Below are positions 12,001 to 24,000 of a DNA stretch of 64,000 nt, in pieces (within the stretch, counting starts at the first letter, position 1; each line of letters opens with the position of its first letter). Source of the stretch: Tubulanus polymorphus (lineage: Eukaryota > Animalia > Nemertea). Where the stretch lies: the NCBI RefSeq assembly GCF_964204645.1, contig NC_134032.1, forward strand, positions 8,792,275 through 8,856,274, written 5' to 3'. The position numbers and the translations under genes were made by a program. The notes under the pieces were generated by a model that did not search any database, was not told where the DNA came from, and saw only the letters and a program-made list of their open reading frames with translations.

Positions 12001-15000
12001 GGCTGGTGATTATTTGTGATTAAGTAATCAGTGAGATGGACTGTTGATGTAGCCCTGATTGAGGCACTCGGGTCAAATAATATTTTTAGATAAAACAGTG
12101 CATCTGTTAAAGCAGAACACATGATTTTAAACTAAATACAAGTAGCTAAACCTTTAATTTTCATTCCTAACTTTTCATCACTCCTGATTATCAAAAATAA
12201 TTCAACAGTTTGATTAACGGATAGTTGCAGTTAACAACATTTCTATCTGATAGAGAAGGTATACAGGTATACAGAGGAACAAGAAAAGAACATCCAACTA
12301 GACACTGAAAAATCTTTCTTCGGGTTTTCTACCAGGGGCCTTTACCTTGGGGTATATTTAACTAGGGGATTTTTACTGAAAGGGACCTTTACGGGGCGAG
12401 TTTTTACCCGATCACATCGATTATTGAATGACATGTTCGATAAAATCATGACAAAAACTGGCATCACTGGTACAATTGGCTAATTTTCGCTATTCGGGTG
12501 GTTCTGTAGATTATTGGCTATACCGTTGGTAACTGAGTAGCTATTTGTATCACTGATCGGACTGTGAAAATATAGCTTTGACAACACCACAACGGGAAAT
12601 GAATCAAATGCAATATTTTACTCGAAAACGAGCTAAACCATGGAATCAGTAACGTTTTTTTTACAGTCCATGGCTGAAATGACGCTATTGAAAAAATCTA
12701 TGAGAAATACTGCCTCCGATTTTTATGAGGAAAATATAGGAATGAATTACGAACAGAATCAAATCAGGTTGCTCTTATTGGTATTGTGTATACATTTCAT
12801 TTAGTAGATATTACAAGTAATTCGTGTAATTAGGAAAAACTCGATCCAATAATGGGTTTTTCTTTCGGTTATAAGTAATTTACAACTTACCAAATATGGA
12901 CTACATGGTTTGAGATTAAAACCAGTGAGCATTATGGTATCAAGTTCAACCAAAATTGATTACGATCGGCCTTTCGTAGAATCTCCCTGAAGGTCACAAT
13001 TTTAGTAAATTGACCTTGGGAGGTTTAAACCTCCCGAATCCAATTAGCAAAATATCGGTCCTCTACGTCGGCGACAATAAAAGTACCTTGCGCGGAACTT
13101 TCTATTGTGCGCCTGCCGCGTTTTGGGCACGAGTAGCTTACGTAATCTTAATTGAAAGTTAAGATCACAGGCAGATATTGAGGTCTATGGCCCACACATA
13201 ACATCATAAATTGGTCAGGAAATAAAGTGTTTTGTGGTATAGATGACACGTTTGTACGATTGTACACTGTAAATCTATCATTTTTCAGGACTTGAGGACC
13301 AAAAATCGGCAATATTTTTGATACAAACTGAGAAAGTATCAAAACATTTGAGAACGCGTTAATAATGATTTAATAATAATGCCCCCTATAATGAAATAAG
13401 TTGAGTTCTATGAATTCCATATCTAGAGCCGATTGAATTAACTAAAAGATTGAATAACTATTCAAAACAAAAAACAATTCACGTACAACACATTAAGATG
13501 GTTTATTATTTTTTTCAAATATAGAGGCTACAGCCCGGGACAAACAGCTGGGTTTGGTACTGAAACCGACGGAGGAGACGTCTGACGACGAGACCGAAGC
13601 CGAGGACGGGTCGCCTGGTGTCCGAATGACGGCCGCAGATTTACTCTCCCAGATGAAAGCCAGGCCGGGTGTGAAAACGCAAGCTACCCCATCGGGGGCA
13701 GGTAAATATTTCGAGATTCTCACGCGCACCACTTTACTGTGGCACGTGAGTATCCACCAGGTTCGCTAGTAGATAGTCTCGTCTGGGACTGCGCTTCGAA
13801 TTGCTATACGCATTTTTTTAAATACGTCATATTGACCGTCAACAATGACGTTATACTTCAGTTGACCGCTGCGCATGCAAATATGTATACAGAATTTGCG
13901 AAATCATGGATAGATTTTAATTGAATTCTAGAGAATTCCGGCATCGTTGTACGAATATGCACCAGCGAACCTCGATTGCCGCAGTCGAATGAAGAGTTCT
14001 CATAAAGCAACGCTCGTTGAAATGGGCATAAAATTCAACAATTTCTCAAACCCTCCTTCTCCATGTCGTCTTATTCGTCCGACATAAGAAAAAATCTAAA
14101 AATTCGGCACCTTCTCGATTCTTTCATTTCTATAGTTTTATACCCATGGCGACTAATCCCAGCGCTGCTATTTGCTCCGATTCCATGCTGCCTGGCTAAA
14201 TCAGACTAAATTAAATCTTCTTACCACCGCACTCAGGTTTCCATAACAAATAATTCGGTGCTCTGGCGTCGCCATTCGGGAGACCACGCGACCGGCCACA
14301 CGCCACTAAATATATGAAACTTTTCGATCCAATAATCCGGAGTTGAATACCTCGTATTGTAACCCCGATAAAAAGCCTCATTAGCTCGAACGCGACGCTA
14401 AATTAAGCCCTGGAAAGCGAGTATTAATTGAAATGAATCGGATAAGCAGCGCACGTATCGATTCTGAAAGGAAATATCGAATGTTTCCGTACACACAGAG
14501 ACCGGCTCTATTGTAAACAAGGCAGACGGACTCAGATAGTTTAGAAACAGGGCGGTTTATACCGTGTCTATATTCGCTATCGATTCAATTCGTTTTTTCG
14601 ACCATTCAATCCACGCGGCTCCGATGCAAAGGTGGATAAGATCGCGGTATCGGGGCCGGAAATTTTACGGGACAGCTTATTAACGTCGCTAACGGGTGTA
14701 GAGACATTTCGCGATGGAATACCTCAGAGTAATCGCCGATGCTTTGCTGTTTAAAGGTAACGTGTCGCGTGCGTGTATGTTCGGATTTTATTGGCGCACC
14801 GAAAAAAACTAGCTGAATTTTCCGACGATTATTTCTGGCATAAGGAGAGGGTAGAGCGAGTAGGAGAAGGGAACGGGAGATCACTTGAAAATGACTAATA
14901 GAACATCTCATAGCTAAAAGGTTTTTCAACGCGGGACGGATTTCCGTAGTGTTGTGGAAAGAGTATCTATAAATCTAATTTGACTCAATATTTGACAAAT

Positions 15001-18000
15001 TCAACACTATAAAGATATAATATAACATTTATTTCTGTATTTGATAACGTATTTTTCTCCTTTTTTAAGATGAAGATATTGCACGAAATTTGACACAACT
15101 TCTTAGATATTTTCGATATACAAATAACTTTTATTTTCTTCTTGAATATTTCCAGACAAATCGGTCAGTTCGTCAGAACTCATCGCATCCAGCAATGAAA
15201 TCATTGTGGACAAAAAACGTAAGTTGATTTACTGTATTAACTGGTAATGAACTTGTCTTTCGACAGTGTTTTTATACGTCCAGTATTTTCAAAACAGTTT
15301 CAGCTGAATTTTCAAAATTCATATCAGTTGTGTGTACAATGCCTAATTAGGGCCACATTAAAAAAACAAAATCCGACGTTAAAGCGTCATTTTTCTTTTT
15401 ACATTTTTTAATTTTCGTTTTCACGCTACGTTGCAAAACCGACCACTTGTTCTAACATAGCGTTAAAACGAAAAACTAGTTTTAACCTGGCGATTCTTAT
15501 CAAAAAGTGTAAACTGTAAAGAGAAATAGTGTGGATATCGAGTGTCATATTCTTTTCAATCAGCCATAGGCTATCAATCATAGTAGGCTATCCGTTTAGA
15601 AAAGGACGAATTTCCTTTAGAGAATTTCGCGATTTTCAAATGATTATTAAATGACTTTTCTTTATGATTTAATGAAATTTCAGCGAAACGGACGAAAGAC
15701 AAAGAGCAGACGATGAAGAAAAAACAAACGACTAAAGACAAAAAGCCAACGGGTAAACGGAAAAATAAAAACAAGAAGAAAGGTGGCGCTAAAACCGCAG
15801 CCGGCGAAGATGAAGTATCGATGATGGAGATGATCGAAGCTGATCAGGTGAGTTAACCATAGAATGTATAGAAGGATATGTACATACTGTAATTATTCCT
15901 AGTTTTCTTTCTCGACATATATGTAAAAACTGTATCTCTTAAAACATGATTGCGTCATATCACTATCAATGTATGTACCTTCATAAACTCCTGTGAAACT
16001 ATTTTTGGTATTTGGCCACCTTGTAGTAATTTGTATCGTATGACGGGATTATCTGTGCTAAATTCTTTATTTGTTGTTGTGAAATATTGAGCAAAAACTT
16101 TATGAAACCTTGGAACTTTGAGACGGACACCTTTTGAGTAGAAAAGCCACAGACAGACGTAGAGAATTGATAATAAGTGGCCAGATCAAAACAAAAATCA
16201 AACGAAATCTATCAGTCAAATAAGTTAAGGGGTCAATCCCTATTTTAAGATCAAAAACATCTATGCAATGAAAAGAATTAATCCTTTAATAAAACAAATT
16301 CAAAATGTTTAAAAATGTTTTTGCCATGAATTTGAACAGAAAATCAAGTTACGCCAAATTTCCGTCTTTGCCTCGCCGAACGTTGATTTCTAAGTATAGG
16401 GCGAAGCGTTATTTTGTACATTTTCGGTTTTAATCGTTTCAGAAATCGTTTTTTTTTTCAACTTGCAAATTGATATTTACGAATTGATCGATATGCGAAA
16501 TCCGCCATTTTTACAGAAAAGTTGATTTTTGAAGATTGTTTGGAAAGTCGATGAAAAATTCGTAGTGATAATTCGTTTCATATGGTACATCTATACCATG
16601 CTGGTTCCAACAATCCCAAGGTCCCGGTTGCACTTATGGCTTTAGTCTAAAAGTAGTACTAAATCTCAAGACTGGCCTTAAGTTTCTAGATTGGCCATAT
16701 GACTAAGATTGTTTAATTTTTTTCAATCTAAGCCATGACTGGTCGGCGATGACCTAATCAAATTCCTCCGATGAGGCAATTCCAGAAAATATGTTTGCCT
16801 TGATCAAATTGCCCTTCATTACCCTTCCAGCGATATGGCTACTTCCATATTACTCTACCAACAATCCGATGACTTCATATGAGGATTGTCAGTGGACATT
16901 TTTCTACAGTGGAATAAATGCCGTTGATTTCAGGAAAAAACACGAGGTGGCGTAGGTGATGACGTAAAGCCCGGTGAAGCAGAAGGTTCAGATATCTGCA
17001 GCGATGACTACTCGGGTGACGAGGATTTCGAATTCCGCGATGCTAAATCAGAGGACGAAATGAGCTTCTATTTTCCGACACCGACGCCATCTAGCGAGCG
17101 CGATGGTTACTCGCCTGCTGCCGGATACGGAGTGCCTCCGCTGCCAGAGATAGTGATCAAATCGCCGGTAAGTTTGAACGTTAACTCAACCCAATGGGTG
17201 CATATCCAATTTCAACTCAGGCGAGCGCCCCTCACTGTGGGTCACTCGGGTGATTATAAGTAGTTTCAATATTTGCTCTCAACCCGCTAAGCGCCATTTA
17301 TACTAATATTTGCAGGATCGGGATTTTTTAACGCTGCAAAAAACCATTACGACTGCTCATATGCATTGATACATACGTAGTATGCGTCATGCAAGGGGTT
17401 CTGTTTGAGTCGATGTGCACTACGTCATCGATATTGGCGCTTAAAAATAGCAGTTACAATAAAGTGAATGTTGGTGTTTAATTTGTAATTGAGTATATTT
17501 CATAACTCGTATTTCACATTTGATAAATTTCAATTATTGTTTTTGAGAGGATGTGCACAACGCCATCAGTATAGCGGGCTAGACTGGTTGCCGGTAAATT
17601 CAATTCAATTTCAAAATTACTAAGTTTTATTCTTAAAATTATGTATGTTACTACATATGTTATATAATTTATTGTCGACAATATCAAGCATTATATGTGT
17701 TTTTTTCGAGGTGTCAATAAATGTTCAAGCTAGAACGTATTACTCACCTCGTATCAACTTAGGGCATTATTCGCAAGTGTTACGCATAAAGGATCTGGCC
17801 AAAAGTGGACTAAGTATATCGGTCTACTGGTTAGCGCGGTTGCGTACTCCAGGAGACCCGGGTTCGAATCCCGATTAGCGCGCTCAATTTCACTGTCACT
17901 TCTCTTAGTCGTTGCACAGGCCCAAGACTTTTCCCCGTGCCCGCTTGGCTCCACTTAAGGCACCTTAAATCAACTTAGGGCCGAAGGAATTTCTTCCCCT

Positions 18001-21000
18001 AAGCCCACTGGGCGCCACTGACACCGCTATTAGCAAAAGGTCTTCCTTTTTCACTGTGTATTGCTGATTATATCCCGCTAAATTCAGTACCCGGTATTTA
18101 TACCCACACTGGCAAATCAGTGGGAAAAAACACGTGCATTATCGAAATTACCATGTTCGCAGGAACAGATACGTCAAACCTAAAAATATAACTGTTTCTC
18201 GAATGTTCAGAGTATTGTTTTCTTATAGTTTTGTGTCGTTTATGGTAATGGCTGCGCTATCGAGCATCGACTGAAGACTCGGTTCTGGTGTGAATACCGC
18301 AAGCCTATCTTTGATATACACATATTGTAAAAGCTACAAAAAAACAAAGAGAGTTCCAATTCTTATTAGAAATGAAATGCTGCCTGCCTGGGCAATATTT
18401 AAAGAAATTCATGTTTCTGAAAGAAAATAGATAGAAATGAACGCCATTTTAAGGAATTTGAAAATGAGAAACAAGGTATCATTCTTTCGGGCCTTACGAA
18501 TTATATCTGTACGCTGCAACATCATTTCCATCCACTGAATGAAAATCTCTACATGCTCGTCAGTACCTATTTTTTTCGATCAATTCAATTTTTGAAATTG
18601 TTCATATTATTATCCATCCTCCCTCGGCAGGAATTCGAACCCGATGGCATCGCTACACTCAGCCACGGCACGAACCCCTGCCACGCTAGACCGGATGTGC
18701 AGGTACATGCGCAGCTTTGCCGCACGAAAACTTGCGGCACCGATCAGATTGCTCGTTGTATAATCGCTGAGGTAGATTTCAGGGAAGAACTATAAATGGG
18801 AAACCCTGGGCTAGAATAAAACGGGATTTCTGATTGGCTAATAATGACATCATCCAAGCTGCGCATGTAGCTGCGCACTCGGTCTAGTGTGGCAGGGTTT
18901 TGTACCGTGGCAATCTCGATGTCATCAGGTTCGAATCCCAGCCGGGGGAGGATAATTATTATCATTGAATAAGTTTATTTACTGCAATTGTTTTTACATT
19001 ATATATTCATACGATGACGGTACAAAGAAAGCTTGATGCTTGTGTTATGTATCACCCCCACGAGTTACAAAAGAACAAAACAAAGAAAACTTTTAGAAAA
19101 AAATCATGACAAAAACGTATAAGTATCAAGAACACATTATGTATCTATAACTTAATGCGACGAGTAATGTAAACGATGTTTTCAAATTAAGAGAATAATC
19201 CATGAAGTACGTTATCAAACAAAAGGAACATAAACATATGCACACACCTACACATGCATATACATACTTACATACACATCAACTCATTGTCAGAGTTCGG
19301 AACAACCTTTCGGATAAACAGCCTTCTAGGCTCTGTTTATGTCCTGTCGTACTTAACACATTAGAAATTAATCAATCTATTATGTTTGTGTGAAGAAGAA
19401 AATCTTGCACGTATTCTCGGTGACAAATGAACTACTGACTGGTGTCTATTTCAAGTTGACTTGGGAGCACATCAGGTGGCCTAGCGCAGTCAGTTTTGAT
19501 GGTTTTTGATATTAGATAATACTCACTGACTTCAGGAAAAGAGCCACGTATCGGACAAGTCGAGACGATCGGGAATCGAGGGTCTACCCGATATAAAACA
19601 ACAACCACGGACAAAAAAGCGAAAACCGCCGCCGAAAGTTAGGAAAAAAGCTCGCGAAGCCCCGTAAGTGTTTTTAAACCATGGCAAACACGATAGAAAT
19701 AGATCTAGCTGGTCTCTGTTAAAGTGTTGAAAAAATACAACATATATCACAACCATTTCCAGACCACTCCTCATAATACGATAAACGGCTATTCCTCCAT
19801 GAATCCGTCTATGATATCAGTCATCAAATTGTTCCTATGTATTCTTCTAGAATAGATGTCGACCCTCATAAATCCCTTACATGATTCAATTGCTATCGAC
19901 ATATTCAGAAAGGATGGCTTGCTCCACGAATTCCCGATAATATCGACATTACCTTTATAGATCCTTTTGGGAAAGATTGCTGCCTTCAAAAATTCCCGAT
20001 GACGTCGTTGATTTACCTCTATAGGACACTTCCAAAAAGGCAACTTTAAATTATGTCATAAGAGAATTTCTTGGAGGCCGCCATATTTTCCCCAGGATTT
20101 ATTTCGTTGTTTTCAATTTGACAGCAGCAACGATTATTTTCAAAGCAGAAACTATGAATCTAAAATCTGTTTCCTCTACAGGGAATATAAAAGAAAGCGT
20201 AGACCAAGGCCGGTTTTGAATCCACAAGCGCCATCTGTCGACGAGGAGTTGAGCGTAGCAGCCGACCCGTTGGATTATTTGGCTAAATACTGTATCATCC
20301 AGTAAGCATTCATTTTACGGAGTGATGCAAACCGAAAGGGCAATCCAGCATTGATATCCCACTGTACACTGCAGCCTCCCTTGCAACAAGTGGAAACCCC
20401 TATTGCCACAGTAGTTGATTTCCGACTGCCTTTAAGCACAGGTGGATCCCCACTTGTCACGAGTGGAATCCTGTATTGCCACAGTAGTTGATACCCCCAT
20501 ACTAAGACTTCCTTGTGGATCTTCAGTTGCAACAAGTGGAATCTACTGCCATAGAAAATGATAAGAGTACTTGCCACTATCGCACCTGGTGGATCCAAAC
20601 ACGTCACAAATTGCTCGACTCGTTTAGGCCTATCAATGTAAAAGGTCAAGATCATAAGTTTGTAGTTGATGTGACCTTAGGCCCTACAAGTTATTTCTAT
20701 TTCAGTCCTGATCGTCTGCCATTTTACGAACGCATATTCGACGCCATTATCTCCAAGCAGACGCCGAAGTTCCCGGATATCGTGACTTCAGAACAACAGA
20801 CAGTAGCGTTGGCAGAAAGTAGGCCACCTGGTGGCAGACTGACGCAACACGAGTATTCAATGATGCGCGACATGACCGTATTAACGCGCGCACCACGTGA
20901 CCGGAACCTCGTTCAAATGGCTGTAAGTTTTTCTTTGCAATATTTCAAATTCAATCTCCAATTATCGAGCTCACCACCAGTTGGCGTGACTGACGGTCGG

Positions 21001-24000
21001 TCTTCGTTGGTCAAAAGTTTGTTCATTTTGACTTTTGAACTTCTGACCGGGTTTTTTGATCCCCGAATCTGAATATAATCAAACGAGAAATATGGGAAAT
21101 TCACTTTTATTCTCTCGGGTATTCGGTATAGTTTTAAATGATCTACTAGAAGAGAAGTAAAGTTTATTCGATTAGTCTGAAATGTAGAAGAAATCGAGGG
21201 CCAGGAAACCGAGCAGCTACTAGCGACACCTGGCGGATCCTCGCTTGCATAAGGAGGAATCCTCACTTACGATGATAGGATAAGTTTCGACGTGTAGTAT
21301 TAATGCCGGTATTTCCATTTCATTTTTTCATCATCAGGGGGAGGGACCGACCGACCGGCAAATCGAGAAGCTGCTGTACACAATCCACGACTTTCACGAC
21401 AAATACGAAACATTAGAAAAACAACTGAACGAGAAACAAGGTAACAATTGAGCATCGATTAATTATCTATCAATAACTGACTAATTGCATAGCTTTTTCA
21501 GTGACTTTTCTTATCATTGGTTATCAGTAAATATCAATTAATTGCTCATCGATAGGGAATCATTTTACGATCATCGATTAACGATGAATCAGCTGCTTAA
21601 TTAGAATGACGCTTAGGAAGTGATGACGAATTACTTCGTCGTGTTATATATAGACTGCAGATTCTATTAGTCTATGTGGTCACGCGTAGATGGAATTCAG
21701 GTTAGCTTTGGTTACACCTCGGCATCATTATCTTTACAAGACAATCAATTCAAGGGTACATCTGTGTTCTGGAGGAGACATCCGACAAAAACACGCATTG
21801 AGCCTTGTCACAAATCAATGAGGGGAAACGCCTAAAATGCGTGAGTGGCATGAAAACATATAACATCATCACCTGTACGGGTAGAACCTTCTTCCAAATA
21901 ATTGAACACATCTAGTAGGTAGAATTTGAAACTGCTGAATTCGGTTCCACCGAAATTGTTGAACGGGGTTCACTAAAACTGTGGAATTGGGGAACACGAA
22001 CTCTGTGAAATATTCTACAAGTCAGTGGGATGGGGATTTCCATAAAACTATTCAACCAGGATCAACCATGGTTATAGGGTTACACTGTGGAACTAGGACT
22101 GTGGAACTGTGGAACTAGGTTTCATAAAAACCGAGGGACATGTATTTACTGAATCTATTTATACTCAATTTTACAGATAGACGGCTGACAATTCTATCGA
22201 GTTTAGCGCGCCGCGATTTTCCGGACTTAACGAAAACTGAATTCGACTCCGGGAAACGCGGCAAGAAAAGAGAGTCATCGAATAAGAACGGAAACGCAGT
22301 TAAAAACGTTAGTAGTTTCTGATATTCTGATACTTGAATAGTTCCAAAATTTCCAAAGGGTCCCCAAGTTAGTTCTAGCCCCAAAGTTCGGCTTTAGAGA
22401 CAAGATGGCCACCTACATCACAGCCCGTATGACATCATCAAATTTCCTCTATAGACCCGTTCAGAAACGATGACTGCCTCCATATATTCCCCCATGACAT
22501 CATGAAATTACGTAACGATTTAATTCAAAACGAAACGCCGAAGGGGGATCTTTCATATAAGTATTATATGAATATTCGTTTAGAAGTCGCGTAAACTGCA
22601 TGACGCACTTAGTTACTGATGTCAGAGGTAAATGTTAGTTTGATACAAATCTTTTTCGTCAAGCTATTACATTACTTGTTTGAATTCATGATATTAATTT
22701 GAAATGACAATATGAAAGACGGCTACGTAGTTGATACTGGTTATATATGTGTCGTTGCTCGTCAACAAGAAACCCCATTATTTCACTAAACATCTTAATG
22801 AGATATTTCCATGTTGTTAACGTCATATTTTGAGAGCTAGTGCTCAATAATTCTATGAATTTGAATGGCGAGGGATTTTGTCGAAAATTTTGAGGGAGCA
22901 TATCTTGTTTAGTTTAATCGCGTAAATCACAATGAAATATAATATTCGTCCTCATTTTGGTTATCTCGACACAGAGACAAAGACAGCCTTCCTTGTGTAT
23001 AAGCAGTCACCGATTCTTGAAGACAAGTGTCTATGCTTGGAGTAATCATTTGGCAAATGATTACTCCAAGGTCTATGCAAGGAGATATTTCGATGATATC
23101 ATAGGGTTGGGCAGTGACACAGCATACAATTCGAGCCGTGTACGGGATCGCATTGTGGACAAAATTGCCTTAAGCCCGATGTTGTATTTTGTGTTCAGGG
23201 CAATTCGGAAGACGAAAGTCTGGAAACGGAAGATTCCGGAACAGTCTGGAAGAACAGACCTCCGTTAGCTGACCAGGACATCGTGAACAGACTCGACCAG
23301 AAAAAACTGAAACTCGTAAGTGGAAAAACTAACCTCCAAAAATTCATCCAGAGCAAGTTCTTCGTGTCAAACGTGAACCATAGACTTTGATTGAGCGGTT
23401 GCCTCCGTGATTCCTCGCTTGCCAGCGCAGTGAAACTCTTTGCGTATACAAAGAGGGAATACTGAAAATTATTTTGTTGAATATTTTGTGTTCGAAATTT
23501 TGTCAAAATGAGCAAAGAATGAATTTTCTTGAGATCGAAAAATTGTGCGGTAATTTTCACCGGCGTTTTGTTTTGACAGTTGAGTAGTGACCCGGATGTG
23601 GCGTTGCTAGATTTGGAAATATCGCGGATACGACACAAGCTGAACGAGATCGATAAACGAATCGATCATTTGGAAGGTAATGAATCATACAATAAATGGG
23701 GATGAAAAATACGGGTGGGGGTTACCAGTAGGTGGAATCAAATGATAGGAGGAGGGAAGAACCCAGGTGGATTGATGGTTCTTCGTATATCACTATATCA
23801 TATCACTTATATCGCTTAACTTAATGTCCGCCTCTATAAACCTTAGACAAATGTTTCAGCAATAGTTAGGCGAATTTAGCAAAACGAATTCGGTTCTGAG
23901 TACCATATGAGTACCGTATTTATCGACGAAAATGTACTCGTTTTCGAGTATGGTACTCGGCACATTTATCCAAGGAACTCAATTTTGGGTACTCTACCCG

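Larger units (their letters stand above)
6778..13360. mobile_element. 6.58-kb non-autonomous DNA transposon with ~430-bp TIRs and AATA target-site duplication
   Basis: 6778-~7210 (aacacgttcccaaatgttttgatactttctcagtttgtatcaaaaatattgcc...) is the reverse complement of ~12925-13360 (...ggcaatatttttgatacaaactgagaaagtatcaaaacatttgagaacgcgtt); AATA at 6774-6777 and 13361-13364; no long ORF inside. Confidence 0.9.

Noticed and set aside
17810-17885. Functional tRNA gene
   Set aside because: B box and T-arm are present but acceptor and anticodon stems cannot be formed.
18265-18310. Possible hammerhead motif (CTGAAGA...CGGT/ACCG); also CTGATGA at ~58307 and ~56150
   Set aside because: No correctly placed GAAA box with stems I and III; too degenerate to support.
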